Under the pieces are notes generated by a model, which was not told the origin of the DNA, made no database searches, and worked only from the letters and a program-made list of their open reading frames with translations. Shown piece by piece: positions 47,204-56,351 of a stretch of DNA of 64,000 bases; positions within the stretch are counted from its first letter, which is position 1; every line of letters starts with the position of its first letter. Made by a program: the position numbers and the translations under genes. This stretch comes from an uncultured Acidobacteriota bacterium. GTDB taxonomy: Bacteria; Acidobacteriota; Thermoanaerobaculia; Multivoradales; SZUA-115. Location of the stretch: contig CAWDVR010000001.1 of the NCBI GenBank assembly GCA_963805975.1, forward strand, positions 1,024,001 through 1,088,000, written 5' to 3'.

Positions 47204-49672
47204 CTACTCGCCGCGCAGCACGTCGGCCGGCTCGATGCGCAGGATGCGCCGGGCCGGCAGGTAGCTCGCGGCCAGCGCGATCAGCCCGAGGAGCACCAGC
47301 ACCCCGGCGAAGGTCAGCGGGTCGGTGGGGCGGACGCCGTAGAGCAGGTTGCCCAGGAAGCGGGTGAGGCCGGCGGCGAGCGCCACGCCGGCCACGAGCC
47401 CCGCCCCCACGACCGCGAGGAAGCGGCCGACCACGAAGCGGAGCACCTGGTCGCGCCGGCCGCCCAGGGCGACGCGCAGGCTGAGCTCTCGCCGCCGGCG
47501 GGTCACGGCATAGGTCACCACGCCGGTGATCCCGATGGCGGTCAGGAGCAGGGCGAGCACCGCGAAGCCGCCCAGGAGCTGTAGTGCGAAGCGCTGCTCC
47601 GCGACCGAGCGGGCGAGGTGCTCGCCGAGCGTCCCGATGCGGGCCGGCACCTCGGCGTCCGCCCGGCGGCAGGCCTCGCCCAGTGCGCCGAGCAAGCCGG
47701 GGAGCTCGCCCGCGGTCGCCACCGCGATCGTCGCCTGGGTCACGCTCTGCGGGCGCTGCAAGGCCGGGAAGTAGGCGGTCGGCTGGATCGCCGCCGTCAG
47801 GCTGCCGTGGCGCACGTCGCCGACCACGCCGACCACGCTGGCCCACACGTCCTGCTGCCAGTACTGGTCCATGCCGGCGGCGTTGACCCGCTGGCCGAGC
47901 GGGTCCTTGCCCGGCCAGGCGCGGTCGGCGAAAGCCTGGCTCACCACCACCACGAACTCGCTCCCCGCGCGGTCTCGCTCGTCGAGCGCGCGCCCCAGGA
48001 GGACAGGGATGCCGAGGGCGTCGAAGTAGCCGCCGCCCACCGCGCGATAGCCGGCGTCCAGGTTGGGCAGCGGGCCGCCCTCGGTCAGCATCTGGCCGCT
48101 GGGGTCGTCGCCGGCAAACGGCAGCGCGCTGCTGAAGCCCACCTGGCGCACCCCGGGAAGGGCCGTGAGCTCGGCGATCACGCTCCGGTAGTAGCCCTCG
48201 ATGGCCTGCGGCTCGGCGTAGCGTGAGGAGGGCAGGCTGACCGACACGGTGGCGACGCGCTCGGCAGTGAAGCCCGGCTCGATGCGGAGGATCTCGCCCA
48301 GGGTGCGAACCAGCAGGCCGGCGCTCACCAGGAGGACCAGGGCCAGGGCGACCTCGCCCGCGATCAGCGCATTCCAGACGCGGAGCGGTTGGCGCCCCGC
48401 GGTGGCCCGCTGGCCGCTCACCGGCCCGAGGCCGCCGCTCCGCCGCGCCAGGCGCAGGCTCGGCAGCACGCCGAAGAGAAGGGCGGTGAGCACGGCCAAG
48501 CCGACGGCGAAGGCGAGCACCGGCAGGTTGATCGCGACCTGGTCGAGGCGGGGGAGCCCGGGCGGCGCCAGGGCCAGGAGGTACTCGCGCAGCGCTGCCG
48601 CGAGCACCAGGCCGGCCGCGGCGCCGGCAGCGGAGAGGAGGAGGCTCTCGGCGACCAGCGGGCCCAGCAGCCGGGCGGTGCCGGCGCCGAGCCAGGAGCG
48701 GACGGCGATCTCCTGCCGCCGTTCGAGGCCGCGGGCGAGGAAAGCGCTCGCCAGGTTGGAGCCGGCGACCAGCATCACCAGGGCCGTCGCGCCGAGCAGC
48801 ACCCACAGGGGTTGACGTGCGCGGCCGGTGATCTCCGCTTTGAGCGGGCGCACCAGGGCGCCGGCAGGAAGGTAATCGGACGGCTCGTCGGAAACGATCG
48901 CCTTGGTGATCGTGTCGAGCTCGAGCCCGGCCTGCTCGAGGCTCACGCCGGCAGCGAGGCGACCCACCACCCGGTAGTTGTGGGCGGTGCGCACGGGGCC
49001 GGGGGACTGCAGCTCGAGCGGCGCCCAGATCTCGACCCCGGCCGGGAAGGCGAGGGCGTCCGGCAGCACGCCGACCACCTGGAAGCCCATGCCCCAGAGG
49101 TCCAGGCGGCGGTGCACCAGGCCCTCGGGGTCGCCACCCAGGTACCGGTGAAGGAAGCTCTCGCTGACCACCGCGGCCGGCAGAGCACCGGCCCGGTGAT
49201 CCTCCGGCAGGAACAGCCGGCCGGCCGCCGGCTGGGCGCCCAACACACGGAAGAAACCCTCGCTGACCAGGGCGGCGCGGGCGATCACGGCCGCGTCGCC
49301 CCCCAGCACGGTGGGGGAGCCCGTGGAGTAGGCGGAGAGCGCTGCGAAGCTCCGGGCCTCGCGCCAGTCGAGGAAGTTGCCCCAGGCGCTCCTCATCTCG
49401 GAGCCGTGCCGGCCCAGCTCCCAGGCCGCGACCAGGCGCCGGGGCTCGGACCACGGGAGATCGGACAGCAGAACACCCTGGATGACGCTGAAGATGGCGG
49501 TGTTGGCGCCGAGGCCGAGCGCGAGAGTCGCCACCGCGGCGGCCGTGAAACTCGGCCGGCGGCGGAGGTTGCGGGCTGCGAGCCGCAGGTCCTGAAGGTT
49601 TCTGTCGATCCACGAGCCGAAACGCGAGCCGCCGAAACGCGAGCCTGCATCCTGCCGATCCATCCTCGCCAT
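47204..49672 (-). CDS. ABC transporter permease, ADOP/MacB-like
   Basis: QDLRLAARNLRRRPSF...LALGLGANTAIFS, RRRELSLRVALG and ASYLPARR motifs; 822 aa. Confidence 0.9.
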   Translation of the reverse strand: MARMDRQDAGSRFGGSRFGSWIDRNLQDLRLAARNLRRRPSFTAAAVATLALGLGANTAIFSVIQGVLLSDLPWSEPRRLVAAWELGRHGSEMRSAWGNFLDWREARSFAALSAYSTGSPTVLGGDAAVIARAALVSEGFFRVLGAQPAAGRLFLPEDHRAGALPAAVVSESFLHRYLGGDPEGLVHRRLDLWGMGFQVVGVLPDALAFPAGVEIWAPLELQSPGPVRTAHNYRVVGRLAAGVSLEQAGLELDTITKAIVSDEPSDYLPAGALVRPLKAEITGRARQPLWVLLGATALVMLVAGSNLASAFLARGLERRQEIAVRSWLGAGTARLLGPLVAESLLLSAAGAAAGLVLAAALREYLLALAPPGLPRLDQVAINLPVLAFAVGLAVLTALLFGVLPSLRLARRSGGLGPVSGQRATAGRQPLRVWNALIAGEVALALVLLVSAGLLVRTLGEILRIEPGFTAERVATVSVSLPSSRYAEPQAIEGYYRSVIAELTALPGVRQVGFSSALPFAGDDPSGQMLTEGGPLPNLDAGYRAVGGGYFDALGIPVLLGRALDERDRAGSEFVVVVSQAFADRAWPGKDPLGQRVNAAGMDQYWQQDVWASVVGVVGDVRHGSLTAAIQPTAYFPALQRPQSVTQATIAVATAGELPGLLGALGEACRRADAEVPARIGTLGEHLARSVAEQRFALQLLGGFAVLALLLTAIGITGVVTYAVTRRRRELSLRVALGGRRDQVLRFVVGRFLAVVGAGLVAGVALAAGLTRFLGNLLYGVRPTDPLTFAGVLVLLGLIALAASYLPARRILRIEPADVLRGE

Positions 49673-49832
49673 CGAGATCTCCCCCTGCCGAGCCAGAACG
49701 GCCGGATCGACGCCGAGGTTTCAAGGGGCGCTTCCGGCCACATCTCATAAGTCGTTGACTAATCGCGCGGATAGAAAGCGCATCCATGGTGGAGAGAGCC
49801 TAGAAACCGCTAGCCAAAAAGAGAGGTTGTCC

Positions 49833-52652
49833 GTGAGACGAGAGATTTCTCGGGGTTCGGGATGGGTCTGGGGTCGAACAGTGGCTGCGCTGTTGGCAGT
49901 GCTGGTCGGGCTGGCACCGGCGCCCGCCCGTGCACAAGGCGCGGAAACGGCAACCCAGTGGGTGCGCTGGGAGATCACCCAGCCTCTCACCAGTACCGCA
50001 CCGTCGACCAACCAGGACTTCTACCGCAACGTGAAGCTGCGCGTCGCCTTCGAGCGCAAGGTGGGCGGCGTGGTCCAGGAGAAGTTCGACAGCCTGGCGT
50101 TCTGGGTGGGCAACAAGGACCTCAAGTTCCGCGCCGCCTTTCCGACCGCCGGGACCTGGACCTGGACCTCGGCCTGCGAGGTGGGCTGCACCAACACCGC
50201 GGAGGCCGGCGGCCTGGTCAAGACCGGGACCGTGCAGGTGAACGCCTACACCGGCTCGACCGCCCTCTACAAGAACGGTTTCCTCAAGATCAAGGCGGGC
50301 ACTGCGGCGGACCGCGGTTTCCTCACGTTTCACAACGGGACTGCGTTCCCCTGGATCGGAGACACGGCCTGGGCGGGGCCGATCAACGCCACGTCGGCGG
50401 ACTGGACGAGCTATCTCAAGACCCACGCCAAGAGCCGCCAGAAGATGAAGTACACCGTCATCCAGGTCGCCTACCCGATCGACTGGATGCAGACCGACGG
50501 CGTCCAGCCCAACTTCCCCGGATCTCCCAACCAGAAGCCGTTCAAGGTCGCGAACTGCGACAACAGCGGAGCGATCCCGCGCTCCACCTGCCAGCCGGAC
50601 CCCGCGTTCTGGCAGGAGTACGACCGCCGGATCCAGGAGGCCAACGACGCCGGCTTCGTGGTCTGCCTGATCGGCCTCATGGAGAGGATCCTGGAGGACA
50701 AGCCCTGGCCGCCCAGCGCGGAGTCGCAGCACCTGGCGCGCTACGTGGCCTCCCGTCTGGCCGGCAACTTCGTGGTCTACTCGCCGAGCTTCGACCGCCC
50801 CAAGGCGGACCAGAGCACGCGCATCAACGCCGTGGGCGCCGAGGCCGCTGCCGTCAGCCGCAGCTATGCCACGCCGACCGCGACGCCGGGCAAGGCGCGG
50901 CAGCTCATCGGTCTCCATCTCGCCGCCTCAGACGCATCCAGCGACTACCTCTTTTTCAAGAGCCAGCCCTGGCTGAGCTTCTACCTGATGCAGAGCGGCC
51001 AGGCGCTCAACCTGGCCTACAGCGCGATCTGTGGCAACCAGACCGCCTGCCAGTGCAACACGGCATCGGGCCTCAACGAGAAGAAGGTGCGCGACGAACA
51101 GCTCCGCCTGGTGGCGACGCGAGCAATAGACATGGTGACGGCGATCCGGGCCGGCGATCCCGCCAAGCCGGTGGTCAACGCGGAGGCGATCTACGAGACC
51201 AACGACCTCGGACCGGCGTGCAAGCTGTGCATCTCCCGCCCCTGCGCGAAGAACCCCTCCTGCCCGGCCTGTGCCACGCAGTCCGGGGCCTGCGACAACC
51301 GCTGCCCGGCGCAGCCCTATGCCGAGCACTACAGCCCGCTCCGCGTGCGGCAGACGGGCTACTACTCGCTGTTCTCCGGGGCGGCGGGCTACACCGCCGG
51401 CGCCGGGGGGGTCGTCGACTGGACGGGCTACGTGTCCGGTCTGAACCGCGAGGCGACCACCACCATGAAGCAACTCGCCGGGCTGATGAGCAACGTGCCG
51501 TGGTCGATCCTGCGGCCGGCGCAGGACCGGCTGACGGGCAACAGCCTCAGCGGCGCCGTGTGGACCCGCAGAGTGGCCATGGCGAACGCCGAGAACCTGC
51601 TGGTGTACTCACCCAACAACAGCAAGTTCGAGGTCAAGACCGGCAACCTCGCCGGCTGGCCGAACCAGTGGAGCAAGCAGTGGTTCAACCCGCGCGCCAC
51701 CACCGGCACCGGGTTCACGGACGTGGCGGCCCAGGAGCGTAACTGCGCGAGCCCGACCTGCAGCTTCCAGCCGCAGGCCGCCGGAGACTGGGTGCTGGTG
51801 CTCAAGAAGGTGGGCTCCTCGCAGAGCCAGGCCCTGGGGAGCCTCCGCGCCTGGGCGACCACCGCCGGCGAGGACGAGGTGCCCGTGGTCGTCACCCAGT
51901 TCGTGGACGAAGAGGGCGTTCCAGTCGGGGACCCCGTGCAGGTGAGCGATGCGCTGGACCTAGCGGAGAAGGCGGAGCCGCGCGTGGTCCGCGATGCCAA
52001 CGACAACTACCTCGTGGTGTGGGAATCTGCTGGGGGCGAGGAGGCTGCGCGCCTCTCGGCCCGGCGGCTCGACGGCCACGGCAACCCGCTCGAAAGCGCG
52101 TTCACCCTGGGCAGCAGCGAGTCGGCGTCGCTCGGGGAGGCCTCGGTCGTTCCGCTCGATCCCGGCGGCTTCGCCGTGGCCTGGGTGAGCCGCGGCGAGG
52201 CATCCCAGGTCTTCCTGCGCACGATCGACGGTCTCGGCAACTTGCAGTCGCCGGTCACCGTGGCCACGGCCGGCCCCGGTAACGCGCTGGCGAACCCCGA
52301 GCTCGCGAGCGACGAGAAAGGTGCCTACGTGGTCGTCTGGCAGGAGATGGCGCCGCCGTCCGATTCCGAGGCGGACTTCATAGAGCTCGCCTCCTCGGTG
52401 AAGCTCCAGCGCTTCGACGCGACGGGCTCGGCCGTGGGGTCGGAGGCTCTGGTGACCCTCTTCCCGACCGAGGCCCCGTTCGAGGTGGGATCGGTCTCGC
52501 TCGGCAACGCCGGGGAGGTGATGGTGGCCTGGGATAGCTGGGACAACGCAGGTGGCTTCGACGGCGTCTTCGCGCGGCCCATCGACAGCCAGGGAGGCGT
52601 AGGAGAAGTGCTCACGGTCTGGGTGCCGGAGGAGGAATCCAGCTCCTTCTAG
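49833..52652 (+). CDS. Secreted DUF5060/DUF4038 (apiosidase/glycoside hydrolase-like) protein with Cys-rich inserts and a C-terminal beta-rich repeat domain
   Basis: GTG after GAGAGG and a signal peptide. FRAAFPTAGTW, FPWIGDTAW, FWQEYDRRI, YVASRL, MQSGQ, KPVVNAEAIYE, WFNPR and DWVLVL motifs. Confidence 0.72.
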   Translation: MRREISRGSGWVWGRTVAALLAVLVGLAPAPARAQGAETATQWVRWEITQPLTSTAPSTNQDFYRNVKLRVAFERKVGGVVQEKFDSLAFWVGNKDLKFRAAFPTAGTWTWTSACEVGCTNTAEAGGLVKTGTVQVNAYTGSTALYKNGFLKIKAGTAADRGFLTFHNGTAFPWIGDTAWAGPINATSADWTSYLKTHAKSRQKMKYTVIQVAYPIDWMQTDGVQPNFPGSPNQKPFKVANCDNSGAIPRSTCQPDPAFWQEYDRRIQEANDAGFVVCLIGLMERILEDKPWPPSAESQHLARYVASRLAGNFVVYSPSFDRPKADQSTRINAVGAEAAAVSRSYATPTATPGKARQLIGLHLAASDASSDYLFFKSQPWLSFYLMQSGQALNLAYSAICGNQTACQCNTASGLNEKKVRDEQLRLVATRAIDMVTAIRAGDPAKPVVNAEAIYETNDLGPACKLCISRPCAKNPSCPACATQSGACDNRCPAQPYAEHYSPLRVRQTGYYSLFSGAAGYTAGAGGVVDWTGYVSGLNREATTTMKQLAGLMSNVPWSILRPAQDRLTGNSLSGAVWTRRVAMANAENLLVYSPNNSKFEVKTGNLAGWPNQWSKQWFNPRATTGTGFTDVAAQERNCASPTCSFQPQAAGDWVLVLKKVGSSQSQALGSLRAWATTAGEDEVPVVVTQFVDEEGVPVGDPVQVSDALDLAEKAEPRVVRDANDNYLVVWESAGGEEAARLSARRLDGHGNPLESAFTLGSSESASLGEASVVPLDPGGFAVAWVSRGEASQVFLRTIDGLGNLQSPVTVATAGPGNALANPELASDEKGAYVVVWQEMAPPSDSEADFIELASSVKLQRFDATGSAVGSEALVTLFPTEAPFEVGSVSLGNAGEVMVAWDSWDNAGGFDGVFARPIDSQGGVGEVLTVWVPEEESSSF

Positions 52653-52717
52653 CGCTGCACCGGAAGCGTGGGGCGAGGGGAGGCGCGGCGACGCTGTGTT
52701 ACATTGCGCAGCCGCCC

Positions 52718-53953
52718 ATGCGAGACGGTTTTCCGCCCCCCACGCCCTCCGATCTCGAGGACCGCGCGGTGCCCCTCCTCGGGCGACACCTCGCGGGCAA
52801 GCGGATCGCGTTGCTGGTCACCGGCGGCATCGCCGCCTTCAAGGCGCCGCTGGTGGCCCGCGCGCTGCGGAAACAGGGCGCGGAGGTAGTGGCCTTCGCT
52901 TCGCAGGAGGCGCTCCGCTACGTGACCGCGGAGACGCTCGAGTGGTCGACGGTGAACCCGGTCGTCACCCGTCTGACGGCCGCGGCCGAGCACCTCTCCG
53001 ACGCCGCGCCCTTCGACGCCTACCTCGTGGCTCCGGCCACGTACAACACGATCAACAAGCTGCGCCACGGCATCGCGGACTCGGTGGTCTCCGCGGCGCT
53101 GGCCTCGGCGCTGGGGCGCCTGTCGCAAGGACGGACGAAGGTCCTCCTCGCGCCCACGATGCACGGCACGCTCCATACGCCGATCCTCACCGAGTCCCTA
53201 GCCTTCCTCGCCGAGCTGGGTGTGGAGGTGCTGCCGCCGCGCGACGACTACGGCAAGCACAACCTGCCGTCCGAGGACGAGATCGTGGCCGCGGTCTGCC
53301 GCGCCGTCTCGACATCGAAGCTGCGCGGCCGGCGCATCCTGGTCACCGGCGGCCCCACGCCGGTGCCGATCGACAGCGTGCGCCGCATCACCAACGTGTT
53401 CACCGGCGCTTTGGGCGCTGCGATCGCCGAGGAGCTCCACCTGCGCGGCGCCGAGGTGGACTGGATCCACGGCCAGTCCGCTTTCCCGCCGCCGGCTCAC
53501 CTGCCCCACACCGTGATCCGCACCTACGACGAGTACCGGGCGCGCGTCTACGAGCTGCTGGCCGCGGGCTCCCACCAGGCGGCGATCTTCTCGGCCGGGG
53601 TCGCCGACTACCGGCCGGCCGAGGTGCGGAAAGGCAAGACGCCGAGCGGCGGAGCGCTCTCGAAGCTCGAGATGGTGGAGCTGCCGAAAGTGATCGACGA
53701 GGTGCGGAAAGCCTTCCCGGGACTCTACATGGTGACCTTCAAGTACCAGGAAGGCATCTCGCACGAGGAGCTGATGGCCATCGCCCGCGGGCGGCTCTCC
53801 CGCTTTCCGGCCGTGGTGGCCAACCGTGGCGAGGAGCGCGGGCCACAGGGCGAGCAGGTGGCCTACCTGGTGACGGAAGGCGCCGAGCCGTGGCGCATGG
53901 TGGGCAAGCCCGAGATCGCGCGGGCTCTCGCCGACCACCTCGAAGCGCTCTAG
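52718..53953 (+). CDS. coaBC: Bifunctional phosphopantothenoylcysteine decarboxylase/synthase-like (CoaBC/Dfp), atypical
   Basis: Flavoprotein domain GKRIALLVTGGIAAFK and APATYNTINKLRHGIAD; CoaB domain ILVTGGPT...IDSVRRITN..TG and AGVADYRP. Confidence 0.8.
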   Translation: MRDGFPPPTPSDLEDRAVPLLGRHLAGKRIALLVTGGIAAFKAPLVARALRKQGAEVVAFASQEALRYVTAETLEWSTVNPVVTRLTAAAEHLSDAAPFDAYLVAPATYNTINKLRHGIADSVVSAALASALGRLSQGRTKVLLAPTMHGTLHTPILTESLAFLAELGVEVLPPRDDYGKHNLPSEDEIVAAVCRAVSTSKLRGRRILVTGGPTPVPIDSVRRITNVFTGALGAAIAEELHLRGAEVDWIHGQSAFPPPAHLPHTVIRTYDEYRARVYELLAAGSHQAAIFSAGVADYRPAEVRKGKTPSGGALSKLEMVELPKVIDEVRKAFPGLYMVTFKYQEGISHEELMAIARGRLSRFPAVVANRGEERGPQGEQVAYLVTEGAEPWRMVGKPEIARALADHLEAL

Positions 53954-56292
53954 CCGGGCGACCGGCGCAGGGTGAGGAGGGCTCCGAGCCCGCCGAGCGT
54001 GAGGAGCCAGCTCGCCACCAGCGCCACGGCGACCAGCAGGCCCAGGCGCGCGTTGGAGGGGACCTGCGACAGGCCGAGCAGCCCGAAGCCGAGGGCGATG
54101 GCGACGGTGTCCGCGGTGATGGCCGGCCCCGCCTCGCGCAGTGAAACCGCCACGCGCTCCACCGGGTCCCCGCCTTTCTGCCGCTCCCAGCGCTCCATGA
54201 AGTGGATCGCGTAGTCGACGCCGACCCCCAGGGAGATGGCGCAGAACATGGAGGTCGCAACACCCAGTGGAATCTCCAGCCAACCCATGAGCCCGAACAT
54301 CCAGAGCCCCGAGAGCGAGGCCGGCAAGAGGGTGAGAAGGCCGATCCGCAGCGAGCGGTAGAGGAGGCAGACGGCGGCCAGGGAACCCGTGAGAGCGAGG
54401 GCCAGGGAGGTGACCTGGCTGTGCACGATGGCCGGGATCATCGCTTGGCTCACCGCGACGTCGCCGGCGAAGCCGAGGCGAGCGCCCACAGGCGTCAGCT
54501 CGCGCCGCTCGTAGTCGCGCAGGCTGCGGATCAACCGGTCGGTGTCGCGGTAGTTGGCCTCCTTGAGGAAGAGGGTCACCACCGTCTGGCGCAGGTCGTC
54601 GTGGATCACCTCGCGCCGCCGCACCTCGCTACGGACCCGGTCATAGAAGAGCAGCAGGCGGTCGATGACCTCCGGCCGGTCGGGGATCGCGCGGCCTTCC
54701 TCGCGCCGGCCGTGCCAGAGGTAGGAGACGTCGCTCAACTGGCCGGCGGCCCCGAGCACGCCGCCTACCCCCGGCTGGGAACGGGCAAACCGCTCGAAGC
54801 CGGCGACCGCGTCGAGGGCCGGCTTGCCGAGGAGCGGCCCCTGGCGCCGGCGCACCCGCGGCATGCTCTCCTCGGGGCCGTCGAATTCCAGATGGGCGAG
54901 CAGGAGGTGGGTGCCGTTCATCCGCGCGTTCACCGCGTCGGTGTCGCGGCGGAACTGGCTCTGCGGCGAGAAGCCGTCGATCCAGCCGTCCTGGACGACC
55001 AGCTTCGTCGCCCCCAGGCCCATGAAGGCCGTCACCAGAGCCAGCACCGCCACCGTCGTCCGCCCGTGCACGATGAGCGGGCGCAGGAAGCGCAGGGCCT
55101 CGCCGCCCGCCGCCGCATCCAGGTGCGGATGCCGCAGCTTCTCGGGGGAGAGCAGGGTCAGGGCAGCCGGCAGAGCCGTCACCGAGAAGACGATGCAGTA
55201 CAGGATGCCGAGGCCGGCGAACCAGCCGAAGGCGCGCACCGGTCCGATCGTGGAGGAGTTGAAGGAGAGGAAGCCCAGCAGTGTGGTCAGCGAGGTGAGG
55301 GCGATCGGCCGCACCATCTGCCGCATCGTCTGCCGCACGGCGTCGGGGTGAGGGCCGGGCGGCGTGCCGCCGGCGAGGATCCGTTGATACCGCCAGAGGA
55401 GATGAATGTCGTCCGCCACTCCCACGGTGGTGAGGATGACCGGTAGGAGGCTGGTCGTGAGATAGACCGGGACGCCGGCCCAGCCCATCAGGCCGAAGGT
55501 CCAGAGGCAGCACCCCGCAACCTCGGCGAACCCCAGCCAGACCCCCCAGGGCCGGCGGCAGCCCAGCCAGATGACCGCTCCGATGAGCAGCACGGAGGCC
55601 GGCAGGAGCAGCAGGAGGTCGCGCTGGATGTGGGTCCCCAGGAGCGCCTCGGCCACGGGGGCGCCGACGACGCGGATGCGGTCCCCGCCGCCGGCGAACG
55701 GAGCCGCCGCGGCGAGCACCTGGCGGCACAGGAGCGCCCGGTCGTAGCCGAGGAAACCGGGATCGCGCTCCGAGGGCGCCCCGACCAGGATCGCCAGCGC
55801 CCCGCGGTCGGCCGACACCAGGGTCCCGGTCAACACCGAGAGGGCGTCGACATCCGATTTCAGGACGGAAAGCAGCTCCGGCGTGGCGGGGAAGGGGTCC
55901 AGGAAGGGCCGGAAGATCAAGGTGTTCGGGTAGAGCCGGTCACGGTGCTCCGTGGCCAGGCTGACGACTTGGTCCGGACCGATGCCATCGAGCCGTGCCA
56001 GGACGGCGGTGAGATCCTGGAGCCGGCGCAGGGTCTCCGGGTTGTAGATCCCGTCCGAGTGGGAGGTCTCGAGGAGGACAACGATCGGATCGCGCAGGTG
56101 GAACTCGCGGCGGACCTCGGCATCGAAACGCACGGCAGGGTCGTCGGCCGGGACCAGGGCATGGCCGTCGGTGCGCCATTCGAGAAAGGCCAGCCCAGGC
56201 GCGGCCGCGAGGGTCAGGAGGGCAATTCCGGCGAGCGCCAGCCGAGGATGGTCGATCGCCCAGCCGGACCAGGCGAGCAGGAGCCGTCTCAC
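53950..56292 (-). CDS. MMPL/RND family transporter
   Basis: Two TM bundles separated by periplasmic loops, with GVADDIH and GVGVDYAIHF motifs; 780 aa. Confidence 0.88.
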   Translation of the reverse strand: MRRLLLAWSGWAIDHPRLALAGIALLTLAAAPGLAFLEWRTDGHALVPADDPAVRFDAEVRREFHLRDPIVVLLETSHSDGIYNPETLRRLQDLTAVLARLDGIGPDQVVSLATEHRDRLYPNTLIFRPFLDPFPATPELLSVLKSDVDALSVLTGTLVSADRGALAILVGAPSERDPGFLGYDRALLCRQVLAAAAPFAGGGDRIRVVGAPVAEALLGTHIQRDLLLLLPASVLLIGAVIWLGCRRPWGVWLGFAEVAGCCLWTFGLMGWAGVPVYLTTSLLPVILTTVGVADDIHLLWRYQRILAGGTPPGPHPDAVRQTMRQMVRPIALTSLTTLLGFLSFNSSTIGPVRAFGWFAGLGILYCIVFSVTALPAALTLLSPEKLRHPHLDAAAGGEALRFLRPLIVHGRTTVAVLALVTAFMGLGATKLVVQDGWIDGFSPQSQFRRDTDAVNARMNGTHLLLAHLEFDGPEESMPRVRRRQGPLLGKPALDAVAGFERFARSQPGVGGVLGAAGQLSDVSYLWHGRREEGRAIPDRPEVIDRLLLFYDRVRSEVRRREVIHDDLRQTVVTLFLKEANYRDTDRLIRSLRDYERRELTPVGARLGFAGDVAVSQAMIPAIVHSQVTSLALALTGSLAAVCLLYRSLRIGLLTLLPASLSGLWMFGLMGWLEIPLGVATSMFCAISLGVGVDYAIHFMERWERQKGGDPVERVAVSLREAGPAITADTVAIALGFGLLGLSQVPSNARLGLLVAVALVASWLLTLGGLGALLTLRRSPG

Positions 56293-56351
56293 GGCATCAT
56301 GGTAATTGCGTCATGGTAATCTCGCGAAGGTTTTCTCTCAAGGATGGCGCC

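Noticed and set aside
49755-49790. TTGACT as a -35 element
   Set aside because: No convincing -10 hexamer at 16-18 nt spacing
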